This document shows, piece after piece, positions 28,935-38,905 of a stretch of 64,000 nucleotides of DNA (within the stretch, counting starts at the first letter, position 1; every line of letters starts with the position of its first letter). The stretch lies in assembly GCA_018672055.1 (NCBI GenBank), contig JABHGM010000001.1:353404-417403 (forward strand). Direction: 5' to 3'. This DNA comes from a bacterium (GTDB lineage Bacteria > Patescibacteriota > Patescibacteriia > UBA1558 > UBA10009). Position numbers and translations under genes: made by a program. Under the pieces are notes generated by a model. That model made no database searches. It was given only the letters and a program-made list of their open reading frames with translations, and was not told the origin of the DNA.

Positions 28935-31900
28935 TGAGATTTATTAAAAACAATTTATTCATTTTAATATTACTTGTTGTAGTTAGTTTTTTTCTAATAC
29001 CTAATCTTTCATTTGCTCAAACTGATTTAGGTTTAGAACCGGTTGCAGAAACAGGTTTAGGTTCTAGTAGTTTACCAGAGCTAATTGTTAGAATAATTCA
29101 AATAGCTTTAGGCTTTCTTGGTATCTTAGCCTTAATAGTTATACTTTATGGAGGCTATACATGGTTATCATCTGGTGGTAATCAAGATAAGGTGGCTGAT
29201 GCTAAAAAAATACTTGTTAACGGTGTAATTGGTTTAGTAATAATATTATCTGCATTTAGTATTGTTACTTTTTTAATTACTAGAATATTTGATGCTACAG
29301 GTGGTGAAGCTTTGTATTGCGAAATAGGTCAAGTTGAAGAATGTTCTATGTCAGGTGATTGTGAAAGAGAGAAAACTTGTATTGATAATGGTGAAGGTAA
29401 TGGTGTCTGGGGAGATTGCGAAATAATTTACTCAGGTGAATGTAGTCCACTTAGTGATAGTGAATTTTTTAGACTAACAGCAACTGCTCCAGCTAATGGG
29501 GATGAACTAAATATTGCTAATGTTGTGGTTCAATTAACTTTTAATAATAATGTAGGTGATTTTAATGCCATAGATTTATCAGAAGGAGAAGGTGTAACTA
29601 TAGTTCAACGTTCAACTAATAATTTAGTACCTTTAGTAGGCGAAGTTTCAAATAATCCAAAAAAATTAAATATATATCCTGATAAAGATCAAGCTGGTTA
29701 TGCTTGTACTGGACATCCAGATCTTGCTTGTTTTCCATATGATTCAATTGATGATTTAAATAATTGGTATACAGTTACTGTTTTAACTGAGGGCGTTGTT
29801 TTAACTAATTCTTCTGGAACTGAAGTTTCTTGTTTAGATATACCTTGCGTATTTGAATTTAAAACAGGGTTTTCTGTAGATACAGAAAACCCTGTTGTAG
29901 ATTTAATTTCAGCTGTAAGTAATGGTCAGTTTGATTGGAATAATTCAGATAATATAGATATAAATATTTCTGAAAGCTTTTTATTTAATAGTCAGGCTTC
30001 TGATGACGCTGGTTTAGCTAGTTCTAATTTTTTTGAAAATCAAATTACTTTATCATCTACTCCTGATCTTGGACAAGGCTTGTTCTTATCACTTATTCCG
30101 TGGTCTCCTGAAGATTTAGGTTACCAAGTATCAGATGTAAAGCAGGTTGGGGCTGAAGTAACTGATTATGCTGGTAATTCAACTCAATCGATTAAACAAG
30201 TAACTCTTTTTTCAGCCACTTGTTATAACGAGATACAAGATGGAGATGAAATAGGTATAGATTGTGGTGGCTCATGTCCAGCGTGTAGTGATGAAAATGT
30301 AGATAATCCAATAATAACTTCTATTGATCCACCTAATGGTGCTTCAGGAAATTGGATAACCATTTATGGTTCAGGTTTTGGTGAGAGTCAAGGTACTATT
30401 AAATACAGGGATCAACTAGGAAATATTAATTATATTGGTGTACCTTCTTTAGGTATGTTGGTATGCGAAAGTCCATGGAATGATACTTGGATAATTATGG
30501 AAATACCAGATATTGATCTTGGTTTGGTTGATTTACAGGTGGTTAGGTTTAATTCTAGTATTAGTAGTAATTGGTATGAAGATTTTGATGTAAATACTAT
30601 TCAAAGACCTGGTATTTGTTTAATGACTTCAGATGATGGATATTATAATGATGAATTAAATATTATTGGTCATAGTTTTGGTGATAACACTGATGTACGT
30701 GATATATTTTTTGGACAATCAGTGGAAAGGGTATCAGCTTCAAATCAAAGCTTCAGTATTGAGGGAAGCATAGAACATGCTTATGGTAATGTACCTTATT
30801 TAGAAAGTGGCCAGACAGTAGTTAGGGTTGAAATAGATGGTGAAGAAAGTAATGGACTATATTTTACAGTAATAGATTCTAACCAAGAAAGTTCAATAAG
30901 TTTTTCACCAGATTCAGGTAATGTAGGTGAATACATTACTATTTATGGTTCAGGTTTTGGTGATTTCAAAGGTGAAGGAACTGTATATTTTAATAATAAT
31001 ATTGAAGGTAGTTTTGATTTTCCAGATGCTTGTGGCACTAACTATTGGTCTGACGATCAAATCGTGGTTAAAGTACCTGTCGGATCAAGTGATGGAGCAT
31101 TAAGAGTAGAAACAGATAGTGGTTACGTTGTTACTTCATCAACATTTTTTGATTTTAATAATACATTAGATATTTCTCCTGGAATTTGTAGTATTACTCC
31201 TAATTCAGGTTTAATAGATACGCCTGTATATATTGCTGGTGAGTTTTCTGAAGATGTTTTAGTTAATTTTTCTGGGATTGAACTATCTGATGTTGATATT
31301 GATAATAATGAAATAACCATCTTAGTTCCGAATGTTTCTTCAGGCTTAGTAAATTTAGAAGAACCAACTGGCGCTGAAAGTAATAGTGTTAATTTTTCAG
31401 TTGGTCAGACTTCTCAAGGCGGAGAACCTAATGATGATTATTTTGAATGGCAGTTTACAACTTGTGAAGATTGTTTAATTCCTGAAGTTGAGGAAAATGG
31501 TATATGTTCAAATGGTGATTTAGCTTCACCAAGCCCAAGACCATATAGTACTGATGGTTTTATTGATCAAGATGTTACCATAACTTTTAATAGTACTATG
31601 GACCATAGTACATTTATTGCTAATGATTCTGTTATTTTAGAAGTATGTGATGGTTTAGAAGTTAATTGTACTTCTAGTAATTGGTCATTTGTATTAGGTG
31701 ATAATAGAAATTCTGTAGTATTAAATCCAGATAATGATTTTAATGCTGATACTTGGTATAGGATAACTTTAACTGAAGATATTGCTAATTTTGAATATAA
31801 TATGGATGCAGAATATTCTTGGTCATTTAAAACAGCTCAAGAAAATTTACAATGTACTGCTGACTCAGTTATTATTTCTCCTTATGATAGAAGAGAAGGA

Positions 31901-34900
31901 TCAACGCTTGGACCAATTGAATTAAATGAATATGTTAACTATTCAGCATCAGGTGTAAATAGTAATAATTGTGCTTCATGTTCAGATGATTTTGAATGGG
32001 AATGGGAATCGAATGATCCAGGTGCTGTTATATCTGATACTAATTTATCAACTAATCAACTACATGCTGAAGGTTTAATTTCTTCTAATCAAGAAATAAT
32101 AATAGCTCAGATAATAGACGTTGAACCTTATCCAATAGGTAATGCATATTTAAATATTGTAGAAGAAACAGGTAATCAAGATAATGAGCCAGGTGATGAT
32201 CAATTACTGCTTGTTGATTATCAACCGGTTGGTGATCAGGTTTGCTTAAATACCTTAGCTCAAGTTGAATTTAATCATGGATTATCGGATAATGGCTTAT
32301 CTCAGTTTAGTTTTTTTAAGTGCTCAACTAGCGAAGGAGACTGTCCAACTTTAGGGGAGGGAGGTAATTGGATATCTGCAGGTTCAGACATTACTTTTAA
32401 TAACAATAATACTCTAGTTAGTATGTCTCCTAGTAGTGGTTTACTTGATCCAGATTTTGATTATAGGATAATTATGTATAGTGGTGATCCTGATATTCTT
32501 GGTGAGAGTCGCATTAGTACAGATGATGGCTTATTCTTAAATCAAGAAGGCTGTGAATATGGAGGCGGTAATTGGTTTCAGGGTATGCAATGGTGCTATT
32601 GGATATTTAGCACAGTAGATGAAAGGTGTGAAGTTGATAGCATAGGAATTTCTCCAAATAATGTTATTAATAATATTAATGATACACAGGATTGGCAGGC
32701 TACAGCTTATGATCAAGAAGGCTTAGCATTAACTGATGTTGTTGACTCATGGACTGTTAATGATAGTGAAATAGCTAGTATTGTAGATAATGGTGATAAT
32801 ACTGCTACTACTGATAGTCTATCATCTGGCAGTACTTGGCTTTATACTGATATAGATATAGATAATATTCGAGGGGAAGCCTGGTTAGAAGTGGAGCCAA
32901 GTATTGTTAATCCTCAAATAATTAGTACTCAACCTATAGGTCAAGAATATTTTTGTACAAACTCATTGGTAGAAGTTACTTTTGATCAGTATTTAAAGAG
33001 AGAGACTGTAAATCAAAATACATTTGAATTAAATCAATTTTCAGATACAGATTTAGGTGGCTGTATTGCTTTTGATGAAACTATAGCTTTTGGTGAGCCA
33101 ACTAATTTAATAAATAAATTTACGGATGTATATTTTAATAAGTTTATATCTAATTTAACTAGTAAGTTAGTAAATTATGTATTTAACAAGGTGTATGCTA
33201 TTGTTCCTGACTGGATTCCTCAATCTGGATATTGGTGTCCCTTAAATAATTCAGGTGAATGGATTTTAGATAATATTGGTGGTGAAGGTAGGGTTAAATT
33301 TCAGCTAAACGAGGTTTTGCCAGGAAATAGTAGTATTCAAGTTTTAATTCAAGGCGGTCAAGGTGGAGTCTTAAGTATTCAAGACTTACCTTTAGATATA
33401 AATAGTGATACTTATGATTATTATTTTAATACTAGTGATACTTATTGTGAATTGAGCTTTTTACAAGTTTCTACTGATTTAGAAACTTATTCGCCAGAGT
33501 ATACTTTTAATATTAGTGAAGATTCTAGCAATCTAGATGAAAATGATCCATTGAGTGGTAATTTTGATACTATTAATGATTATGATAAAGCTTTCTATGT
33601 AACTGGTTTTAGTCAAAATGGTCAAGCTTTGACTTCAGTGCCTGGTGAGTATGAATGGATATGGCGTTGGAATAGTGAAGACACTTCTATTGCTTTAACT
33701 ACAGATTCTGTTAATTACAGTGAGTATTATGATGCAGATTATGATGGTAACTATAATGTAGTACTAGCCGCTAACAATAATGGTGAAACAGATATTACTG
33801 CTCATGCAGTATTTATAGATAACAGTTCCTTGGCAGGTACTGGGCAGGTTATCGTTGATTTATGCGAAAATCCATGGCCAGCTGTAGATATAACTAATTT
33901 AGATAATACATATTATGAAGATACTAATTTTTCATTTGGTTTAAGTTATTGTCGTGATGCTGGTTTATATGGCTTTAATGATGATCTACCTTCACTTGGT
34001 GATATTTCTGATAATGTAACCCTTTATAATATTAGTGCTGATGATTTATTAAAAGAGTATTTAATGCCAGTAGGAGATGATCTTATTGGTTTAAGAGTAT
34101 ATACTAATGATAATCATTTAAGTCCAGCTGAGTGGTATTCAAATAATATACCTGAGTTACAGCAGGGTAATTTATCCTATCTAATAGTAGATGGCTATCA
34201 AGCAATTCAAGATGGTAGAACTATTTACGTAGCAGCTACTAGTGTAACTAATGATAATATATCAATTTATTCAGATATTTTCCTTCTATCATATAACTCT
34301 GAGGCTTCAGCTGAAACAGTTAATATATATAATCAATTAATTGATAGATGGATTTTTAATACAAATATTTTAGAAGAGAATAAGGGTAAGTTAATTAGAG
34401 ATTTAAAAAGGTTAAATGATTTAACCTATATTAAAGAAGTATTAAATAATTATAATGCTATAAATAATACATATCCTATATTATCAGGTGGTACTTTCTT
34501 AACAGGTATGAGTACTTCTAAATGGCCTTCCTGGAATAATACTTTTTCTTCAGAACTTAATGCTTCATTACCTATTGATCCTATTAATCAATTTAATGCA
34601 TGCGCAGATTGCACTTCATCTTCAGATGCTAGTTGTGATAACTATGATATAAATACTTGTTGGAACCCTGATTTAAATAACGGGCAAGGTAATTTTTCTT
34701 GTGACGCTGGTTCTTATTTCTATAGATATCAATATTCATATAATGCAGGACCTGATTATTTATTAGCTGCTAAAATGGAATTTCCATATGTAGGTAATAT
34801 AGCTTCTACTTGGAATCCTTCTTTCGATACTAATCATTTATATTTAAGTACAGAATTTGTAGAAGGTTGTGGTTTTGAATTTTTAGGACAAGTTTGTGGT

Positions 34901-36727
34901 AATGGTTCTATTGAAGGCAGTGAAGAATGTGAGTTAGGTGATTCTATAAATTACTGTGGCTATGATCACGCATATTACGAGTCACAACTAGTTGGTTGTT
35001 CTGATATTGATTGTACTTGGGCTGAAGATGATTCTGGTGTTTGCGGAGGTTATTGTGGTGATGGTAATGTTGATAGTTTTGAAGATTGTGACGGAGGCAT
35101 TAATTGTAGTGACACTTGTGATTTTATACCATATTGTGGTGATAATATTGCTCAAACTTATTTAGATGAAGAATGTGATGGTTCTGATTTAGGTAATTTT
35201 AGTTGTAGTGATAATTCAACACCTAGTTGTAATACGTCTTGTGAAATAAGTTGTCCTTCTGGTGAATTATATGGTGGATCATGTGGTAATAATATAAAAG
35301 AAGGCACAGAAGAGTGTGATGGTCTTGATACGCCTCCTAATACCTCATGTAACACATCCTGTGAGGTAACAAGCTGTACTGGTAGTTATTTAGCTTGTGA
35401 TGGTAATTTAACTGATTTAGATGGTTGTGAAGTAGATATATTATCTGATGAATATAATTGTACTGCTTGTGGTAATAGCTGTTATGATGTTTCTGATATT
35501 AATGAGAATACTTTAGTTGAGTGTACTCAATATATTAATGATGATGGAGATGATTCAGCTGTTTGTTCATATGGTTGTAATCCATATGATACTTGGTTAA
35601 ACTGTGATTATTCTCCAGCGGGTTGTGAATCAAATTATTTAACGGATTCTAGTAATTGTAATGTTTGTGGAAATGACTGTAGTATTGATCCTGGCACTAT
35701 AATTCAAGCTGATCTTGATAATAATATTGATTATTTTTCAGGTTCACCATATCCAGCAGCTGATACTACAATTTATACCTGTGAAAATGGCGGTTGTGGT
35801 TTTATTTGTGAGGAAGGTAGTTATGCAAATTGTGATGAAGTTTCTGATTGTGAAACTATTTTATATAATGATAGTGAAATTACTTGCGGAGAATGTGGTA
35901 ACGGAGTAATTGAAGGTAATGAGCAATGTGAATTAGGTGATTATAGTGCAGAGTTAGTATTTGTTTTTGATATTTCTACAAGTATGGATGATGATGCAGC
36001 TGGTCTATGTTCAGCTTTAGATAGCTTATCTCAAGAATTAGATGAAGATGAAATTAACTATATGTTAACTGTAATGACTTTAAATGGTGGTGTTGGCACA
36101 ACAACTGTTGGCACAACAGATGCTTATGATGCTTTAGTGACTGATTGTGATATATATGGACATGATAATATTCAACACTTTAATTTTTATGATAATTCAT
36201 CAAATAATATTTCAGTTGACGTCGAACAAACTTGTGGGGTAATAACTGGTGCTAAGGAACATTGGGGATATGCTACAAATATTATTGCTCAGTCATATAA
36301 TTGGAATACAGATTATTCAATAACACAAAAGATAATTGTACCAGTTAGTAATGAAGGTCCTTGGTGTGGTGGCGGTAATACTAGTAATGATAGTACTATT
36401 GATAGTGAGGATATTAGTATTGTTTCTACTGCTATTACTACAGCCCTGAATAATTCTGTATTAGTTAGTCCTGTTATAATTCAATTTATTCCACTTGATT
36501 ATGATGAGGATGATGATGATTATGAAACATATTATTATGATGATAATGAAGAACCAGCTCAATCTTACGCTAGTCTTTCCTGGGGTGCTTTATCTGGTTT
36601 AAGTGATAATTTTGTACAGACTGGTGGAATATATACTAATTCATCAGATAATTGGTCTAGTACAATAAATACTATAATTACGGGTAGTACTTGTACTGAT
36701 GAATGTATTTTTCCAGTGATTGAATAA
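28934..36727 (+). CDS. Giant 2597-aa surface protein: same T4SS-pilin-like N-terminal domain, IPT/TIG and Big-like domains, five Myxococcus-type Cys-rich repeats, C-terminal vWA domain
   Basis: N-terminal 115 aa nearly identical in pattern to the upstream protein (GLEPVAETGLG..IIQIALGFLGILALIVILYGGYTWLSSGGNQDKVADAKKILVNGVIGLVIILSAFSIVTF). IPT/TIG-like ITSIDPPNGASGNWITIYGSGFG, ISFSPDSGNVGEYITIYGSGFG, ICSITPNSGLIDTPVYIAGEF. Five CGNG.IEG.EECELGD-type repeats. vWA MIDAS VFVFDISTSM. Confidence 0.8.
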   Translation: MRFIKNNLFILILLVVVSFFLIPNLSFAQTDLGLEPVAETGLGSSSLPELIVRIIQIALGFLGILALIVILYGGYTWLSSGGNQDKVADAKKILVNGVIGLVIILSAFSIVTFLITRIFDATGGEALYCEIGQVEECSMSGDCEREKTCIDNGEGNGVWGDCEIIYSGECSPLSDSEFFRLTATAPANGDELNIANVVVQLTFNNNVGDFNAIDLSEGEGVTIVQRSTNNLVPLVGEVSNNPKKLNIYPDKDQAGYACTGHPDLACFPYDSIDDLNNWYTVTVLTEGVVLTNSSGTEVSCLDIPCVFEFKTGFSVDTENPVVDLISAVSNGQFDWNNSDNIDINISESFLFNSQASDDAGLASSNFFENQITLSSTPDLGQGLFLSLIPWSPEDLGYQVSDVKQVGAEVTDYAGNSTQSIKQVTLFSATCYNEIQDGDEIGIDCGGSCPACSDENVDNPIITSIDPPNGASGNWITIYGSGFGESQGTIKYRDQLGNINYIGVPSLGMLVCESPWNDTWIIMEIPDIDLGLVDLQVVRFNSSISSNWYEDFDVNTIQRPGICLMTSDDGYYNDELNIIGHSFGDNTDVRDIFFGQSVERVSASNQSFSIEGSIEHAYGNVPYLESGQTVVRVEIDGEESNGLYFTVIDSNQESSISFSPDSGNVGEYITIYGSGFGDFKGEGTVYFNNNIEGSFDFPDACGTNYWSDDQIVVKVPVGSSDGALRVETDSGYVVTSSTFFDFNNTLDISPGICSITPNSGLIDTPVYIAGEFSEDVLVNFSGIELSDVDIDNNEITILVPNVSSGLVNLEEPTGAESNSVNFSVGQTSQGGEPNDDYFEWQFTTCEDCLIPEVEENGICSNGDLASPSPRPYSTDGFIDQDVTITFNSTMDHSTFIANDSVILEVCDGLEVNCTSSNWSFVLGDNRNSVVLNPDNDFNADTWYRITLTEDIANFEYNMDAEYSWSFKTAQENLQCTADSVIISPYDRREGSTLGPIELNEYVNYSASGVNSNNCASCSDDFEWEWESNDPGAVISDTNLSTNQLHAEGLISSNQEIIIAQIIDVEPYPIGNAYLNIVEETGNQDNEPGDDQLLLVDYQPVGDQVCLNTLAQVEFNHGLSDNGLSQFSFFKCSTSEGDCPTLGEGGNWISAGSDITFNNNNTLVSMSPSSGLLDPDFDYRIIMYSGDPDILGESRISTDDGLFLNQEGCEYGGGNWFQGMQWCYWIFSTVDERCEVDSIGISPNNVINNINDTQDWQATAYDQEGLALTDVVDSWTVNDSEIASIVDNGDNTATTDSLSSGSTWLYTDIDIDNIRGEAWLEVEPSIVNPQIISTQPIGQEYFCTNSLVEVTFDQYLKRETVNQNTFELNQFSDTDLGGCIAFDETIAFGEPTNLINKFTDVYFNKFISNLTSKLVNYVFNKVYAIVPDWIPQSGYWCPLNNSGEWILDNIGGEGRVKFQLNEVLPGNSSIQVLIQGGQGGVLSIQDLPLDINSDTYDYYFNTSDTYCELSFLQVSTDLETYSPEYTFNISEDSSNLDENDPLSGNFDTINDYDKAFYVTGFSQNGQALTSVPGEYEWIWRWNSEDTSIALTTDSVNYSEYYDADYDGNYNVVLAANNNGETDITAHAVFIDNSSLAGTGQVIVDLCENPWPAVDITNLDNTYYEDTNFSFGLSYCRDAGLYGFNDDLPSLGDISDNVTLYNISADDLLKEYLMPVGDDLIGLRVYTNDNHLSPAEWYSNNIPELQQGNLSYLIVDGYQAIQDGRTIYVAATSVTNDNISIYSDIFLLSYNSEASAETVNIYNQLIDRWIFNTNILEENKGKLIRDLKRLNDLTYIKEVLNNYNAINNTYPILSGGTFLTGMSTSKWPSWNNTFSSELNASLPIDPINQFNACADCTSSSDASCDNYDINTCWNPDLNNGQGNFSCDAGSYFYRYQYSYNAGPDYLLAAKMEFPYVGNIASTWNPSFDTNHLYLSTEFVEGCGFEFLGQVCGNGSIEGSEECELGDSINYCGYDHAYYESQLVGCSDIDCTWAEDDSGVCGGYCGDGNVDSFEDCDGGINCSDTCDFIPYCGDNIAQTYLDEECDGSDLGNFSCSDNSTPSCNTSCEISCPSGELYGGSCGNNIKEGTEECDGLDTPPNTSCNTSCEVTSCTGSYLACDGNLTDLDGCEVDILSDEYNCTACGNSCYDVSDINENTLVECTQYINDDGDDSAVCSYGCNPYDTWLNCDYSPAGCESNYLTDSSNCNVCGNDCSIDPGTIIQADLDNNIDYFSGSPYPAADTTIYTCENGGCGFICEEGSYANCDEVSDCETILYNDSEITCGECGNGVIEGNEQCELGDYSAELVFVFDISTSMDDDAAGLCSALDSLSQELDEDEINYMLTVMTLNGGVGTTTVGTTDAYDALVTDCDIYGHDNIQHFNFYDNSSNNISVDVEQTCGVITGAKEHWGYATNIIAQSYNWNTDYSITQKIIVPVSNEGPWCGGGNTSNDSTIDSEDISIVSTAITTALNNSVLVSPVIIQFIPLDYDEDDDDYETYYYDDNEEPAQSYASLSWGALSGLSDNFVQTGGIYTNSSDNWSSTINTIITGSTCTDECIFPVIE

Positions 36728-36816
36728 TTTTAATAATTAATATATAAATTGTGTATTACATATGATGCAATTTAATAGTTAATTTGATATAATATTAGTA
36801 TTAAATAAAATATTTT

Positions 36817-37560
36817 ATGTTTGATGATCAACAACAAAATCAAGTAGGTGAGCAACCTATACCAAAACAAGAACCAGAGCCTACAGTTATGCCTGATTTA
36901 AATGAGGCACCTAGCAATATACCAGTCCCTAATGAACCTGAAGACATATTTAAAGACTCTGAGGCTACTTCAGTCCCTAGTACTCCACCAGAACCTCAGG
37001 CTGCTCCAGAACCATCTGGTCCACCTGAGCCACTCAAAGAATTACCTGATGATTTAGATGGTGATGAAAAAGATAAGAAGTTTTTTATTATGGGTTTAGT
37101 AATTGTCTTTATTATCGTTTTTATAGGTGGCTATTATGCTTATACAAAACTTTTTAAAGATGATGTTATGGATGTACCATTGGTAGATTTTACTCAAGAG
37201 GATTCAATTAATGATTCTAATGATATTATAATTGATGAAGAATCAGATAATGTGCCAACCAGCGAAGAATTAGAACAAGAAATTAGTGATCTTGAAGATC
37301 AAATTACACCAAGTGAAGATACTACAGATTCAGATAATGATGGTTTAACTGATGTTGAAGAATTAGCAATTGGTACTGATCCTTTTGAAGTAGATAGTGA
37401 TGGTGACGGACTATTTGATAGAGAAGAAGTTAAAGTTTATCACACTAATCCTTTAAACCCTGATACAGATGGTGATGGGTGGTTAGATGGTACGGATGAA
37501 GTACATAAAGGCTGGGATCCATTAGGTCCTGGAAGACTCTTAGATATAAATAATCAATAA
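36817..37560 (+). CDS. Membrane-anchored protein with Pro-rich N-terminus and thrombospondin-type-3-like Ca-binding repeats
   Basis: 247 aa. Single TM (FFIMGLVIVFIIVFIGGYYAY), then DSDNDGLTDVEE..DSDGDGLFDREE..DTDGDGWLDGTDE. Confidence 0.7.
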   Translation: MFDDQQQNQVGEQPIPKQEPEPTVMPDLNEAPSNIPVPNEPEDIFKDSEATSVPSTPPEPQAAPEPSGPPEPLKELPDDLDGDEKDKKFFIMGLVIVFIIVFIGGYYAYTKLFKDDVMDVPLVDFTQEDSINDSNDIIIDEESDNVPTSEELEQEISDLEDQITPSEDTTDSDNDGLTDVEELAIGTDPFEVDSDGDGLFDREEVKVYHTNPLNPDTDGDGWLDGTDEVHKGWDPLGPGRLLDINNQ

Positions 37561-37566
37561 TAATAA

Positions 37567-38904
37567 ATGTTTACACCTCCAGACAAACAACCTGAAATTG
37601 TTTTAGATGATAGAGAAGCTAAGGTATTAACAGAAGAACCTGTTGAGCCAGCTGTTGAAGAAGAATTGCCAGAAATTCAAAGCAATGATATCCATACAAT
37701 GCCAGATAAGTTTTTAAAATCAACAGATGCTCCTAAAACAAAAGGTAGAATAAGTTGGGTAGTTTTAGCTTCGGTTATTTTTATTGTAGTAGGTGGTGTT
37801 ATTGTAACTCTATTCCTTTATTTTACACGGGAAGATGAAGTTTTAACTATTCCTGATGATATTAGTAATTTAAATATTAATATAGATTTACCAACCTCAA
37901 CACCTAGTGATTTAGACGATGTTAATGATGATACTGATTTAACTGAGCCTGAATCACGTGATAGTAAGAGATTAAATGATATTTATGACTTAAAATCAGC
38001 TTTAGCTATGTACTTTGCTAAATATGATGAGTATCCAGTTAATTTAAATACTTTACTTAGAGACTATTTAACATTAATACCAGAAAATCCAACTCCAGGT
38101 GGTGATAGTTATGATTATAAAGTAAATCAAGATCAAATTGATTTTGAATTAACTTTTTCTTTAGAATCAGGTGGTCCATTTGGTAACTTAACTTTAGACG
38201 CAAGTAAGTATGTTTTAACACCACAAGGTATTAGATTATATATTGATCCTGATTCACTATTACCAGATGATGAAGTAATAGCAGATACTACTCAAATACA
38301 AATGGGTTTAGATTCAGATGAAGATGGTGTATCTGATATTGAGGAAAATATGTATCAAACTAATTCAACTTTAAAAGATTCAGATGAAGATGGTTATGAT
38401 GATGCTATTGAGATTTTAGCGCTATTTGATCCGGCCATCGGTGATGGTGCTAAGTTACTTGATTCAAGTTCAGTTGCTATTTATCAAAATCCTAGCTATT
38501 TCTATTCTTTAATTTATCCTGCCTCTTGGACAACTACACCTTTAACTGTTGATAATAAGGAAGTAGTATTTATTTCAAGTACTGGAGAATTTTTTGAAGT
38601 AATTATTCAAGATAATCCACTTGGTATGTCAGCATATAGTTGGTATTTAGCAAATAATCCAGGTGTTGATCCAAATACTTTAACTACGTTATTAATTGAT
38701 GGTTTGCCTGCAGTTAAATCACCTGATGGTTTAAGAACATATCTTGGTATTGGTTCAAGTATATATATGCTAAATTATAATGTTGGTGCTAGTATGCAGA
38801 CTAATTTTTATACTTCATATAGATTATTTAGTGAAAAATTAATTTTTATTGATCCTAGTACTATTGAAGTAGGTGATACAGGCACTACAACAACTCAAGA
38901 ATAA
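37567..38904 (+). CDS. Membrane-anchored hypothetical protein with TSP3-like repeats
   Basis: 445 aa. TM (WVVLASVIFIVVGGVIVTLFLYF), then DSDEDGVSDIEE..DSDEDGYDDAIE. Confidence 0.65.
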   Translation: MFTPPDKQPEIVLDDREAKVLTEEPVEPAVEEELPEIQSNDIHTMPDKFLKSTDAPKTKGRISWVVLASVIFIVVGGVIVTLFLYFTREDEVLTIPDDISNLNINIDLPTSTPSDLDDVNDDTDLTEPESRDSKRLNDIYDLKSALAMYFAKYDEYPVNLNTLLRDYLTLIPENPTPGGDSYDYKVNQDQIDFELTFSLESGGPFGNLTLDASKYVLTPQGIRLYIDPDSLLPDDEVIADTTQIQMGLDSDEDGVSDIEENMYQTNSTLKDSDEDGYDDAIEILALFDPAIGDGAKLLDSSSVAIYQNPSYFYSLIYPASWTTTPLTVDNKEVVFISSTGEFFEVIIQDNPLGMSAYSWYLANNPGVDPNTLTTLLIDGLPAVKSPDGLRTYLGIGSSIYMLNYNVGASMQTNFYTSYRLFSEKLIFIDPSTIEVGDTGTTTTQE

Positions 38905-38905
38905 G

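Noticed and set aside
38873-38905. ybeY start at 38873 overlapping the upstream gene by 32 nt
   Set aside because: The YbeY fold does not need the extra 11-22 residues. ATG 38906 (just after the upstream stop) or 38939 is more parsimonious, but the choice among them is not resolved.
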